The notes: generated from the sequence alone by a model not told the origin. 64,000 bases of DNA from Promethearchaeota archaeon (GCA_016840085.1 JAEOTA010000012.1:64001-128000); one strand, 5' to 3'. Shown: positions 9,653-22,331, counted from the stretch's first letter. A program made the numbers and translations.

Positions 9653-10813
9653 ATGTCAACTAAAGTAGCTATTATAAATGTAAAAGACTATGAAAATACT
9701 CCAGATGCTGTTGTTGCTGGAATTAAATTAATTGAAGACGATTTAAAATTTGATTTCTTAAAAGCAAAAAAGATATTAATAAAGCCAAATTTACTTTCTG
9801 CTAATAAAAAAGCTTGTACTCAACCTAGCATTGTTGAGGGTGTTATTAATTATCTTAAACAATTTGGGGTATCAATGGATCATGTGATAGTTGGAGATTC
9901 TCCAGGACAACTTAAAATATCAGCATCTAAAGTTGCAAAAGAGATTGGACTGTTTGAGATATGTGAAAAAGAAGGTGTAAAAATCGTAAATTTTGAAGAT
10001 GGAACTCCTATAAATGGTGAAATTAAAGGTGCAATAAGAATGAATGAATTCTATGTAGCCAAAGCGGTGTATGATTGTGATATTCTCATAAACATACCAA
10101 AACTAAAAACTCATGCAGAAACAACCATTACAGGGGCAATCAAGAATTATTGGGGCATAATTCCAGGAGGTCAAAAAGCTAAATTACATCTTTTAGGTAA
10201 ATCTGCGGAGAAATTTGGTGAAGTTCTAGCTGATAATTTCTCTTGGATAGTAAATAACAAGCCCAGAAGATTAATTGTGTATGATCTTCAAAAAATAATG
10301 CAGGGTCCTAAAGGACCTGGAGCTGGAAAGATGGTAGATTGGAATTTGATTTTAGCGGGGACAGATGAGCTAGCTGTTGATGTGGTGGCTCTAGAAATTG
10401 GAAAATATAATGCAAAATTTGTCCCTCATTTGAAGAATGCAAAAGAGAGAGAATTAGGTATTGGGAATCTAGAAGATATAGAAATCGTTGGAATGACTTT
10501 AGAGGATGCGAAAAAGCAAGTGCCTAAATTTAAAGTACCTGGTAAATTTATTACGCGAATGGCCAGTTTTTTTTCAGGGAGAACCTTCTATAAGGTAGCG
10601 AAAAAGATTCCTAAATTAAATGAAAAAGATTGTGAAAAGTGTGGACAATGTGCTGAAATTTGCCCTGCTGATGCTATCAATTTCGAAGCTAAGCATTATC
10701 CTCGATTTATTAGAAAGAAATGCATTGCTTGTTTATGTTGTATGGAAATGTGCCCTCAACACGCCATAGAGGTGAAAAGTAGAGGAATAGGAGGATTATT
10801 TCACTCGTACTAA
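9653..10813 (+). CDS. DUF362 protein with C-terminal 2x[4Fe-4S] ferredoxin domain
   Basis: ILIKPNL, PKLKTH, TGAIKNYWG; two CxxCxxCxxxCP motifs. Confidence 0.88.
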   Translation: MSTKVAIINVKDYENTPDAVVAGIKLIEDDLKFDFLKAKKILIKPNLLSANKKACTQPSIVEGVINYLKQFGVSMDHVIVGDSPGQLKISASKVAKEIGLFEICEKEGVKIVNFEDGTPINGEIKGAIRMNEFYVAKAVYDCDILINIPKLKTHAETTITGAIKNYWGIIPGGQKAKLHLLGKSAEKFGEVLADNFSWIVNNKPRRLIVYDLQKIMQGPKGPGAGKMVDWNLILAGTDELAVDVVALEIGKYNAKFVPHLKNAKERELGIGNLEDIEIVGMTLEDAKKQVPKFKVPGKFITRMASFFSGRTFYKVAKKIPKLNEKDCEKCGQCAEICPADAINFEAKHYPRFIRKKCIACLCCMEMCPQHAIEVKSRGIGGLFHSY

Positions 10814-10821
10814 ATCTCTTA

Positions 10822-12222
10822 TCATAGTTCCTTCAAATATAAGTCAGAATAGGTCTTCAAGAAATAACTAAATCCTAGTCTTGTATTTAGGATTGAATTT
10901 ACTTGTATGAATTCATTAGGAGAATGCGCAAACCCACCTATACCTAAACCACCAGTTATGAAATTTAAACCAAGTTCTTTTTGTATTTTACTTAAAGGAG
11001 CAGCAGCAGCACTTATTGGCCATATTTCAGTAGGGATTTCTAACATTTTGGCACTTTTTATGAGACTTTTAACTAAAATAGAGTCTTTTTCAACTCTAGA
11101 ACCTTCATAACCAATGTTTTTTATTAGCTCAAAATGGGATGTTGAGTTTTTTGTATAGCTATCTATTTTTGCTTTAATCTCTTTGAAGATGTCATCAATC
11201 GAACAATTATGGGCGAATCTAATGTCAATATTGCAAATCGCTTCATTTGCAACCATGTTCTTTATACCTTCATCTAAGAATCCTGATTTTAAAGTTGAAA
11301 TATTAAATGTGGGATTAAATAAATAGCTAACAAAAATTTTTCTAGGATCTTCTTCCTTAGTTTCTATAATTCCCGCTTTTCTCTTTATTTTTTCAATATC
11401 AATTTTTTCTAGCAAACCATCTATTAAAGAACTCTCTTCTTCTGTAAGAGCATATGTAGTTTTCATACTATCTATTTGAAATTGGGTATTAGAATATATT
11501 GTGTTTAGAAGTGATACCAAGTCTGTTGCGGGGTTAGGTATCATACTGCTAAACCCAGAATGAGGTTCTTTATTCTTTGAATAAACTTTAATTGTGAATG
11601 ATAAAATACCTTTATATCCTAATTTTAACACAGCAGTTCCATCAAGATCTTGTTTAGTTGCCGGATAAAAGGCGTCAATGCAATTTTTAAAAGTCTCTTT
11701 CTTATTTTCTAAAAATTTTAGCAACGTAGGTGAGCCCATTTCTTCCTCTCCATCAAATAACAAGAGCAATGAGATAGGCAATTCATCTATTTCTTTTAAT
11801 CTTTTAACTGTATTTAAGAAACATATTAATGGCGTTTTTGAGTTATAAGCACCTCTCGCTATAATACATTCACCTAATTCCTTTAAAGGAGGAGGTAACA
11901 TTTTTTTTTCCGCTCCAAATGGAGTACTTATCCATTCTTCTTCATTATTTATAGGTTGAGTGTCATACATCATATAAATTAAAATAGATTCCTTTATCTT
12001 ACCTTTGACTCTAGCTAAGATTAAAGGATTAATAATTCCTTTAATTTCCTCGATTTTTTCGCTAAATTTTGAAATATAAGAAGTTAAGAAATTTTTAGCT
12101 TTTAAGATGCCTTTTTTATTAAGTGTATTGCTTGGAATTCTTAAAAAGGGTTGTAAATCTTTTTCGATAAATTCTTTATTACTTTCTCTTATTAAAGATT
12201 CTATACCATCGAATGATTTCAT
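10822..12222 (-). CDS. M20 family metallopeptidase/amidohydrolase
   Basis: YDTQP, ARGA, DGEEEMGS, AHSPNE; dimerisation domain present. Confidence 0.85.
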   Translation of the reverse strand: MKSFDGIESLIRESNKEFIEKDLQPFLRIPSNTLNKKGILKAKNFLTSYISKFSEKIEEIKGIINPLILARVKGKIKESILIYMMYDTQPINNEEEWISTPFGAEKKMLPPPLKELGECIIARGAYNSKTPLICFLNTVKRLKEIDELPISLLLLFDGEEEMGSPTLLKFLENKKETFKNCIDAFYPATKQDLDGTAVLKLGYKGILSFTIKVYSKNKEPHSGFSSMIPNPATDLVSLLNTIYSNTQFQIDSMKTTYALTEEESSLIDGLLEKIDIEKIKRKAGIIETKEEDPRKIFVSYLFNPTFNISTLKSGFLDEGIKNMVANEAICNIDIRFAHNCSIDDIFKEIKAKIDSYTKNSTSHFELIKNIGYEGSRVEKDSILVKSLIKSAKMLEIPTEIWPISAAAAPLSKIQKELGLNFITGGLGIGGFAHSPNEFIQVNSILNTRLGFSYFLKTYSDLYLKEL

Positions 12223-12280
12223 ATATATTCAATAGTTAAATTAAGTAATTAATTAATTTAATTATCAACAATTAAGTGGG

Positions 12281-12676
12281 TTGTTTACATTGAAGAGTAA
12301 TATTCCAGAACATGAACCTAACAATATAGCATTAAGACAAATTTTTAATGAAATAAAAGAAAAAGGTAAATTATTAGGAGTTTTATTAGCTTATCGAAAT
12401 GGAGAACTTATTTTTCAAAATATTGGTGATAATTTTGATAGTATAAAATTTGCATCGATGTGTGCTTCGGTATTAGAGGGAGCAGCAGAGTTAGGTCAAA
12501 CGATTGGAAATAAAAAAATTAATAAAATTATTGCCGAATTAGAAGCAAAAACGATAATAATTGTTGAATGTAATGTTAAATCCTTTTTTATATTAATTTT
12601 AAACAAGGAATCTCAAGTAGACTTAATATTAAATCAGTTGCCCGAATATATACAAATAATTAGTGGTATATATTAA
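12281..12676 (+). CDS. Roadblock/LC7 domain protein (divergent)
   Basis: GVLLAYRNGELI and FASMCASVL pattern; about 130 aa. Confidence 0.75.
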   Translation: MFTLKSNIPEHEPNNIALRQIFNEIKEKGKLLGVLLAYRNGELIFQNIGDNFDSIKFASMCASVLEGAAELGQTIGNKKINKIIAELEAKTIIIVECNVKSFFILILNKESQVDLILNQLPEYIQIISGIY

Positions 12677-12709
12677 ATTCAACTTTTCTTGTAAAACAGA
12701 ATCATTTTT

Positions 12710-14380
12710 CTATAAATAATTCATCCATTTCGGGTCAATCCGATTTAAAGCAATTTCAATTTCTTTTCTCACATCCCAATTATCATCCCCTAAAGCTTCA
12801 ATGAGAGACTTAATTGCTTCCTTGTTACCAATTTCACCTAAGGCTCTGGCAGCAGATATACGAATTTTATCATCACTATCTTTTAAAAAAAGAATAATGG
12901 GTTCAATTGAGTCAATTTCCTTAAAGTTTCCTAAAGCCATGGCGGCCCAACTCTTAATATAAACATCTTCATCATTTAAACATGATATAAGAGTATTAAT
13001 AGATTCATTACTGCCTGTTCTTATTAATAATCTAACTATAGTTCTTCTAGTCTTCCAGTTTGAAGTTATTAATGCATCCTTTGCTAAATTAACTACTTTT
13101 TCATTGTTAAAACTAATTAAAGCATCAATAGCTGCGTTTCTTACACTTCCATTCTCATCACTTATTAGATTGAAAACATTATTTATGGTGCTGGAATCAC
13201 CAATTTCTCCTAATATCTTGGCACAATACATTCTAACTTGGGAAGATTTATCATTTAGAGCATCTATAATCATATCATTAATTTTATTATCTAAAATTTT
13301 TAAAAGTGCTCTATAAGCTGATCTTCTTATACTAGCAACTTTACTCTCAAAGGTTTTTATCAATAAAACAATAGCATTTGTATCTTTCAGTATACCTAAT
13401 AATTTAATTGCTTCTTTCCTAGCATTGAGATTTCTTTCTTTAGCAACGTCATATAATATTTCATGTGATTTTGTTTTAAGGAAAATTTTATAAAGTGAAT
13501 TTTTAGCAAGATTTCTAAGTTTAACGTCCTTTTCTTTCAGGATCTCTAACAATGGGTTAATAGCTCTTTTACTTTTTACATTCCCTAATACTCGAATTGC
13601 TTCTTTTCTAACTTGTATATTTTGATCATTAAGAGTTTCTAAAAGGTATTTAACATTTCTTAATTCTATTATTCTTTCTAAAGCCTTTATTGCATTTTTC
13701 CTTATTAAAGGATTGTTATCTTTTAGGAAATTTATCAATATTTCTTCGCTTTCTTTTTTTCCTATTTTGCCAAGAATTATAGGTATTTCTTTTTTAATAT
13801 TTGGATCTTCTGTATTAATATATTCATTAATTATCTGTAAATTACCTTTTTTGCCGATTTTTACAATTGAATCAATTAAATCATTATATATTTCTATATT
13901 TCTAAAGTGCAACAACTCAATTAGAGGTTTTAAAGCTTCTTCCTGGCCTGCTTTTCCTAAAAAGGTAACTGTTGCCTTTTTGACTTCAAAATTAAGATCA
14001 TTTAATGTCTCGATTAAGAAAGGAATTGATCCATTTAAATCATCTTTTCCAACCATTTCAATAAGACTTTTTCTAACAGATCCATCATTGCAGTTCTTGT
14101 ATTGTTCTTTTAAGAACAAGACACCTTTATTACTATAACATGTAGCTAATAAGTCTATTAATTTCAGCCTTAGTTTTGGATGCATATCACTCATAAAAAC
14201 GTTTTTTACATCTTGAAAACGTGAATTTTCATCATCATTGAATCGAATTAAATGATCTACCGCTTTTACTTTATTTTCTAACATTTCAGATTCTTTTAAA
14301 ATCGAAAGAAGTGATTCTGTAGCCTCAGTTTCGCTCAACAAATCAATTCTTTCAAATATTAAGTTATTCCTCTCACTCAA
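12710..14380 (-). CDS. HEAT/PBS-lyase repeat protein
   Basis: Tandem 31-aa LxDxxxxVRxxAxxALG repeats throughout. Confidence 0.93.
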   Translation of the reverse strand: MSERNNLIFERIDLLSETEATESLLSILKESEMLENKVKAVDHLIRFNDDENSRFQDVKNVFMSDMHPKLRLKLIDLLATCYSNKGVLFLKEQYKNCNDGSVRKSLIEMVGKDDLNGSIPFLIETLNDLNFEVKKATVTFLGKAGQEEALKPLIELLHFRNIEIYNDLIDSIVKIGKKGNLQIINEYINTEDPNIKKEIPIILGKIGKKESEEILINFLKDNNPLIRKNAIKALERIIELRNVKYLLETLNDQNIQVRKEAIRVLGNVKSKRAINPLLEILKEKDVKLRNLAKNSLYKIFLKTKSHEILYDVAKERNLNARKEAIKLLGILKDTNAIVLLIKTFESKVASIRRSAYRALLKILDNKINDMIIDALNDKSSQVRMYCAKILGEIGDSSTINNVFNLISDENGSVRNAAIDALISFNNEKVVNLAKDALITSNWKTRRTIVRLLIRTGSNESINTLISCLNDEDVYIKSWAAMALGNFKEIDSIEPIILFLKDSDDKIRISAARALGEIGNKEAIKSLIEALGDDNWDVRKEIEIALNRIDPKWMNYL

Positions 14381-14530
14381 CCTAAAAACCTTAAAAAATT
14401 CAAATTAAATTAAAACTAAAGAAAATACAAAAACCTTTGAATTATTACAAAAAAATAGAATTATTTATTTTTATTGATTTAAAAAAAGCTGAGTGATATC
14501 ACTCAAGATTTATTTTGAATTTTTGAATAT

Positions 14531-15895
<1,365 letters not shown>

Positions 15896-16059
15896 TTAAT
15901 AAACCCGTTTTCAATTTACAATTTAATTGATATTACTTATTAAAAATATATTATAAAGTTAATTTAATTTCCATAAATCGAAATAGGATTTAACTCTTTT
16001 AGTACTCAATATGAAATGATTTTAAGACTATGAATTTGGGTACTAAGAATAAGTAAAAG

Positions 16060-16413
16060 TTAAATATACATTCCCTCTGGAGGAGGTCTATAATATATAT
16101 TTCTTTGATTTCCTCCAAAAATTTCTCTAAATATCTCCCTTATATGAATATAATCATATCTTCTAAAAATTTCACTGAAATCAATCTTTCTGGGGTCGTA
16201 TCCTGCGTCATCATAAATTCTACGTTCAGTAGGATCAATTAATGTATCGTAAGCTTCCTTTAATTCTATGAATTTGTCTTTAGATTTTGGATCTTTCCTA
16301 TTAAGATCTGGATGATATTTTTTTGCTAATTTCCGATATGCTAATTTGATTTCTTCTTCAGATGCATCCTTGTTAATTCCAAGTATTTCATAATAATCAC
16401 GGTTTTCTTTCAT
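16060..16413 (-). CDS. Small J-domain protein
   Basis: DYYEILG and KYHPD J-domain with no zinc finger or substrate-binding domain. Confidence 0.9.
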   Translation of the reverse strand: MKENRDYYEILGINKDASEEEIKLAYRKLAKKYHPDLNRKDPKSKDKFIELKEAYDTLIDPTERRIYDDAGYDPRKIDFSEIFRRYDYIHIREIFREIFGGNQRNIYYRPPPEGMYI

Positions 16414-16605
16414 TTTATCCTTATTATTCGCTTTCTTTTGAAATTAAAAGAAAATATTTGAATAAAAAGTTATACCTTAAATATAATAAAAACCTAACTT
16501 CACTATTTTTATAAGATAAGGTAATATCAAGTAAACCTTATAATTAGAAAATTTAAAATATTCTGAAATAATGAATTTTAGAAAAATAAAAATTAATAAA
16601 AAAAT

Positions 16606-18585
16606 TTAACCTATTTCAACATCCATTTTCTTGCGTTCTTCTAATAGGGCCTCTACAACAGAGGGATCTGCTAGTGTAGTTACATTACCAATATCGGTTT
16701 TACTAGCAATTGCTTTAAGAATTCTTCGCATGATCTTCCCACTTCGAGTTTTTGGAAGAGCATCAGCAAATTGAATAACGTCTGGTTGAAATACTGGCCC
16801 AATTTCTTGTCTAACATGCATTCTTATCTCCTTAGATAGTTTAGCTGATTTTTCAATCCCTTGCATTAATGTAATGAATGCCCATATTGCCTGACCTTTA
16901 ATTTTATGTGGAAATGGGGCAACTGCTGCTTCAGCTACTTTTGGATGACTTACAAGAGCAGATTCTACTTCCATAGTTCCTATTCTATGGCCTGATACTT
17001 TGATAACATCATCAAGTCTACCTAAAATCCAATAATAGCCATCTTCATCTCGTCGTGCTCCATCGCCAGTATAATAGTATCCTGGATACTTTTCGAGATA
17101 GGTTGATTTAAATCTCTCTGTATCACCCCAAACATCTCTTAACATTCCCGGCCATGGTGTTTGAATTGCAAAATATCCACCTTCATCTGGTTCAGTTACC
17201 TCATCACCTTCTAAGTCGAATATAACTGGTTTTATACCAAAAAATGGCATACAACAAGAGCCAGGCTTGGTGGGGGTAGCAGTAGAAATAGGAGTCATAA
17301 TAAATCCACCAGTTTCAGTCTGCCAGTAAGTATCAACAATAGGACACCGACTTTTTCCTACAACTCTATGATACCAAGTCCAGGCTTCTGGGTTTATTGG
17401 TTCACCAACTGTTCCAAGAACCTTCAAAGAACTTAAGTCATGTTTTTTAACTGGTTCATCACCGTACCTCATTAAAGCGCGTATTGCCGTAGGTGCCGTA
17501 TAAAAATGGGTTACTTTGTGGCGTTCAACAATATCCCAAAAGCGATCTACATCGGGATATGTTGGTACTCCTTCAAACATTAAGGAGGTTGCGCCATTTG
17601 CTAATGGTCCATATACAATATAAGAATGGCCTGTAATCCATCCAATATCAGCAGTGCAATACCATATATCTCCCTCATGATAATTGAATACAACTCTATG
17701 AGTGAATGAAGTATAAAGTATGTATCCTGCAGTAGTATGATTTACTCCTTTAGGTTTTCCAGTTGTTCCGCTTGTATATAAAATAAACAGTGTATCCTCA
17801 GAATCCATTATTTCAGGCTCACATTCTTCACTCATCTCATTAATGAAGTCATGATACCATATATCCTTATTTGTATGAGGTATATCTCTTCCAGAACGTT
17901 GAACAACGATAACATGTTCTATGGTTGGGACATCGTCAATTATTTGAACAACATCCGCCATTTTTGGATAGAATTTTCCGGCTCTTACTGTTTCATCGCT
18001 AGTGAAAAGAATACGCGAATCAGAATCTTTAATCCTATCTTTAACAGCTTCTTTTGAGAATCCTCCGAAAACTATTGAATGAATTACACCAATTCGGGCG
18101 CATGCTAACATAATTATCGCTAGTTCAGGTACCATAGGTAGCCATATTGTAACTCTATCACCTTTTTTTAATCCTAATTTCTTCATTCCATTGGCTACTT
18201 TGCTTACTTCTTTTAAGAGTTCACTGTAAGTAAATCTTCTTACATGTCCTGGTTCGTCTGCTTCCCATATCAGAGCAATTTTATCCCCTTTTCCCGCTTT
18301 GACATGTCTATCTAAGGCATTATAGCTTACGTTAAGTTTTCCACCAATAAACCATTTGCCAGGAAATAAATCAGTTTTTTCCCAAACTTTACTATATGGT
18401 TTGAACCAATCTAAAGATTTTGCTTGTTCATCCCAGAAACCTTCCATATCTTCTATTGATTGTTTGTAAAGTTTTTGATATTCTTCAATTGAAATCCCAG
18501 TTTTTGCATAATCTGGATTAAGATCAACTGGATTAAAAATACGGTTTTCAGTGAGAATACTTTCCATCCTTTCTTCTTTTGACAT
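16606..18585 (-). CDS. acs: AMP-forming acetyl-CoA synthetase
   Basis: YTSGTTGKPKG, DTYWQTETGG, LPKTRSGKIMRR. Confidence 0.95.
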   Translation of the reverse strand: MSKEERMESILTENRIFNPVDLNPDYAKTGISIEEYQKLYKQSIEDMEGFWDEQAKSLDWFKPYSKVWEKTDLFPGKWFIGGKLNVSYNALDRHVKAGKGDKIALIWEADEPGHVRRFTYSELLKEVSKVANGMKKLGLKKGDRVTIWLPMVPELAIIMLACARIGVIHSIVFGGFSKEAVKDRIKDSDSRILFTSDETVRAGKFYPKMADVVQIIDDVPTIEHVIVVQRSGRDIPHTNKDIWYHDFINEMSEECEPEIMDSEDTLFILYTSGTTGKPKGVNHTTAGYILYTSFTHRVVFNYHEGDIWYCTADIGWITGHSYIVYGPLANGATSLMFEGVPTYPDVDRFWDIVERHKVTHFYTAPTAIRALMRYGDEPVKKHDLSSLKVLGTVGEPINPEAWTWYHRVVGKSRCPIVDTYWQTETGGFIMTPISTATPTKPGSCCMPFFGIKPVIFDLEGDEVTEPDEGGYFAIQTPWPGMLRDVWGDTERFKSTYLEKYPGYYYTGDGARRDEDGYYWILGRLDDVIKVSGHRIGTMEVESALVSHPKVAEAAVAPFPHKIKGQAIWAFITLMQGIEKSAKLSKEIRMHVRQEIGPVFQPDVIQFADALPKTRSGKIMRRILKAIASKTDIGNVTTLADPSVVEALLEERKKMDVEIG

Positions 18586-18826
18586 TATATTTCACAATTT
18601 TGAATTTCTTTGATTTTTATGTTGCTTAAACTAATTTAATTTTTTTTTTAAAAAATAAATTTTTTATTTTTTAAATGGAAACTTCTAAATCAAAAAAGAA
18701 TTGAATGAAATTTAAACATTTTATTTATATTTTCAAAATTAATATATGATAGAGAATAGAAATAATAATTTTATTTGATATAGATATTATTAATAATAAT
18801 TTTAGATAATTGTTTAAGAATATTTA

Positions 18827-20737
18827 ATGGAGTATAGTAAATCAATGGATTTTGAATGGAGAGTAAAGTGGAAGGATAAAGAAATTACTGCTAAAGAAGC
18901 AATACAAAAAATAATTCCGAGTAACAGAGTCTTTATAGATTCAGGGTGCTCGGAACCGCAATTATTAACTTTAGAATTAATTAAGCAATCAGATAAATTA
19001 ATAGATACAGAGATCCTTCATTTTTTAACCATAGGTCCTGGAAAATATTTCAAAGATAAAGCAGAAGATCTTTTTAGACATAATGCTTTTTTTATTGGAA
19101 AGACTCTTCGAGAGGAAATTAATAAAGGTCAAGCTGATTATACTCCAATATATGCGAGTGAAATTCCTTCATTATTTTTAACAGGTCGAAAGCATATAGA
19201 TGTTGCCCTTATACAAGTGTCTCCTCCAGATCCGTATGGTTTTTGTTCTTTAGGAATTAATGTAGATATAGCAAAACCAATAGCACAATCATCTTACCTT
19301 ACTATTGTTGAAATCAACCCTCAAATGCCACGTACTTTAGGAAATAGTTTTATTCACATGAAAGAAATAGATTATTTCGTATATAATGATACTCCATTGT
19401 TAGAATTTCATTTTGAGGAACCAGATGATATAGGTGAAAGAATTGGGCATAATCTAGAAAACCTAGTGGAGAATAAATCAACTATACATGTCGGGTTTGG
19501 AGATCTACCAAATGCTATGCTCAAATTTTTGGTAGATAAAAAAGATCTCGGGATGCACTCCCACTATTTAACAGATAATATTATTCCCCTAATTGAAGAG
19601 GGAGTTTTAACTTGTAGGAAAAAAAATTTCCACCCTGAAAAAATTATTACCAGTTTTGCTTTAGGAACTAAAAAATTATATAAATTTGTGGATAACAATC
19701 CTTATATTGAATTTTATCCTTCTGATTATGTATGTAATCCTAGGTATATTGGAATGAATAAGAATATGGTTTCAATTAATTCCGCTCGACAAATCGATCT
19801 AACTGGTCAAGTAAATGCTGCAACAGAAGGCTATAGATTCTATTCTGGTTTTGGTGAGACCATTGATTTTATGAGAGGTTCTGCATTTTCTAAAGGTGGC
19901 AAACCGATCATAATTATACCCTCAACCTCTAGAGATGGTGAAAAGTCACGAATTGTACCTCATTTAGATGAAGGAGCGGGAGTAATGTTATCGCGAGGGG
20001 ATGTATATTATGTTGTTACAGAATGGGGTGTAGCATATCTCCATGGTAAGTCAATTAGAGAAAGAATACTTGAATTGATCTGCATAGCACATCCAAAATT
20101 CCAACAGTCTCTATTAGAGGAGGCAAAAAAATTGAATTATATTTATTCTGATCAGATGCTTCCATGTGATGATAAAGGGCGGATTTGTATTTATCCATCT
20201 GAATATGAGACTATTTATAAAACACTCGATAAAGAAAGAATAATAATTCGCCCTGTGAAAACAACTGATGAGCCATTATTGAGAGATTTATATTATTCAT
20301 TAAGTGAGAGGGACAAATATTTAAGATTCTTTGAATTAAAAAAGGAATTTACTCACTCTAAAACTCAGTTTGAGGTAAATATTGATTATAATAATGTTTT
20401 TTCTATTGGGGCATTTATCGGTGAAATTGGAAATGAAGAGATGATAGGAAATGCAACTTATTATCTAAATCCTAAATTGAATATGGGAGAATATTCCTTT
20501 TTAGTTAGAGAGGATTACCGTGGTAAGGGGATTGGAGCTTTTCTTTATCAACAAATAATTATTATTGCAAAAGAAAAAGGATTAAAAGGACTTTATGGAA
20601 ATATCCACATCCAAAATAAAAGTGCTGTTAGAATAATTCAAACTGGTGGATATACTAAAATAACTCCTCCTAAATTTCCAAGCGAAAAAGAGTTATTTTA
20701 TGAGGTTTTTTTCAGTAAGGAAAATTCACTTGAATAA
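18827..20737 (+). CDS. Acetyl-CoA hydrolase/CoA-transferase-like domain fused to a C-terminal GNAT domain
   Basis: DVALIQVSPPD, VVTEWGVAYLHGKSIRER; GNAT motif A VREDYRGKGIG. Confidence 0.88.
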   Translation: MEYSKSMDFEWRVKWKDKEITAKEAIQKIIPSNRVFIDSGCSEPQLLTLELIKQSDKLIDTEILHFLTIGPGKYFKDKAEDLFRHNAFFIGKTLREEINKGQADYTPIYASEIPSLFLTGRKHIDVALIQVSPPDPYGFCSLGINVDIAKPIAQSSYLTIVEINPQMPRTLGNSFIHMKEIDYFVYNDTPLLEFHFEEPDDIGERIGHNLENLVENKSTIHVGFGDLPNAMLKFLVDKKDLGMHSHYLTDNIIPLIEEGVLTCRKKNFHPEKIITSFALGTKKLYKFVDNNPYIEFYPSDYVCNPRYIGMNKNMVSINSARQIDLTGQVNAATEGYRFYSGFGETIDFMRGSAFSKGGKPIIIIPSTSRDGEKSRIVPHLDEGAGVMLSRGDVYYVVTEWGVAYLHGKSIRERILELICIAHPKFQQSLLEEAKKLNYIYSDQMLPCDDKGRICIYPSEYETIYKTLDKERIIIRPVKTTDEPLLRDLYYSLSERDKYLRFFELKKEFTHSKTQFEVNIDYNNVFSIGAFIGEIGNEEMIGNATYYLNPKLNMGEYSFLVREDYRGKGIGAFLYQQIIIIAKEKGLKGLYGNIHIQNKSAVRIIQTGGYTKITPPKFPSEKELFYEVFFSKENSLE

Positions 20738-20785
20738 TTAGTCACTATTTTTATTTTTCTTCCATAATTATAACTTTGTAAGCTT

Positions 20786-21580
20786 ATGAAATTTAAATAC
20801 ACAGATTATCACATTCATTCTTCGGATTGGAGTGTAGATGTTCCAAATAAAAATTTAAAATTCAAAGATTATGCAGAAATTGCTGAGTTAAGCAGAATAA
20901 ATATTTGTTTTCTTGAGCATTTTGAGCTTTATTATGTTGAAAACGATAAATTAAATCCTTTTTACGGCGAAAAAGTTCAAGATTACTTAGAGAAAATCGA
21001 TGAAATAAAGGAGACTTATGATTTTGTATTGGGTGGCTTAGAAGTTGAATATTATAAGGATAAAGAGATTGAGTTATTAGAATTTATGGATGATTATGAA
21101 AGAGAGTTAGATTTTATTTCTGGTTCTGTCCATGAATGGATTATTGGTTATCCAGTTACCACAAGAGAAAAGCTTTTAAATTTCTTGGATAAAAAATCAA
21201 TGAGAGATGTCATTAATGAATATTTTGAAACATATGAAATGATGGTCAACTCAAAAATTTTTAAAAATGTATGCCATATCGATACAATCTTTCGTTACAT
21301 CAATGATAATGATTTGAAACCTGAAGAAAATTGTGATATTTCAGAAGATCGCGTGCTAGAACTCGGTAAACTTTGTATAAAAAATAAGATTAAAATAGAA
21401 TATAATTTATCTGGATTAAGATTCCCTATTAAGCGTCCATTTCCTTCAAAAAAGGTGGTATCTCTTTTAAAAAAAAATGGCGCTAAATTTTTTGTAGGAT
21501 CTGATTCACATTCTCTTGCCCAATTTAAGTGTTTTTTCCCTAAGGTAAAAGAAGCATATAATTTTTTAGATTATATTTAA
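20786..21580 (+). CDS. PHP-family phosphatase (histidinol-phosphatase-like)
   Basis: DYHIHS, EH, GSVH, HID, GSDSH. Confidence 0.85.
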   Translation: MKFKYTDYHIHSSDWSVDVPNKNLKFKDYAEIAELSRINICFLEHFELYYVENDKLNPFYGEKVQDYLEKIDEIKETYDFVLGGLEVEYYKDKEIELLEFMDDYERELDFISGSVHEWIIGYPVTTREKLLNFLDKKSMRDVINEYFETYEMMVNSKIFKNVCHIDTIFRYINDNDLKPEENCDISEDRVLELGKLCIKNKIKIEYNLSGLRFPIKRPFPSKKVVSLLKKNGAKFFVGSDSHSLAQFKCFFPKVKEAYNFLDYI

Positions 21581-21594
21581 AATAAGATTGAAGT

Positions 21595-22326
21595 TTGATA
21601 TTAATGGAGTTCAGAGATTTTTCACACAAGATAGACAGATGGGATAAAAGAGTTATTCTAAGATATAATGGGATAGGTGGTAAACCTATACTATATATTT
21701 TGAAATTTGTATCTTTCTTCGGAAGAGAAACTTTATGGCTTTTTCTAATCGCTTTTTATTTATTCATTTGGTATGATCCGTTTTTACTTTCTTATATATC
21801 TTCCACGTTTTTAATTGGGTTATTAATAATATTAGCAATTAAACAAATTGTTAATAGGGCGAGACCCTTTGAAGAGTTTAATCAAGAAGAACTTAAAGTA
21901 CTTGAAAGAAAACCCACTTCAAAGAGCTTTCCTTCATGGCATTCATACAATATAGTATCTCATGGTCTTTTATTTGGATTGTTTTTTCTGAGATCTCCAT
22001 TGATAACAATTTTAATTATATTATTTTCTATTATAGTTTCTTTTTCTAGAATCCAATTAGGCGTTCATTATCCGAGCGACGTGATTGCTGGGTTTTTTAT
22101 TGGAATAATTGGATTTCTGTTGTCAATTTATATCATTTCTCCAATATTTTTAATAGTTATTTCAAATTTGGAGCAATCTATGACGTATGAAATTCAATAC
22201 CATAAGGTAAATTCAATGTTATATGAAAATATTTGGTATCTACTCTTATCTATCCTTATTTTTTGTATAATACTCATTAGTGCCGTATATAAAAAAATGA
22301 AGGAATATATCAAAAACAAGTTTTAG
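21595..22326 (+). CDS. PAP2 family membrane phosphatase
   Basis: KQIVNRARP, SFPSWH, SRIQLGVHYPSDV. Confidence 0.92.
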   Translation: MILMEFRDFSHKIDRWDKRVILRYNGIGGKPILYILKFVSFFGRETLWLFLIAFYLFIWYDPFLLSYISSTFLIGLLIILAIKQIVNRARPFEEFNQEELKVLERKPTSKSFPSWHSYNIVSHGLLFGLFFLRSPLITILIILFSIIVSFSRIQLGVHYPSDVIAGFFIGIIGFLLSIYIISPIFLIVISNLEQSMTYEIQYHKVNSMLYENIWYLLLSILIFCIILISAVYKKMKEYIKNKF

Positions 22327-22331
22327 AATAA

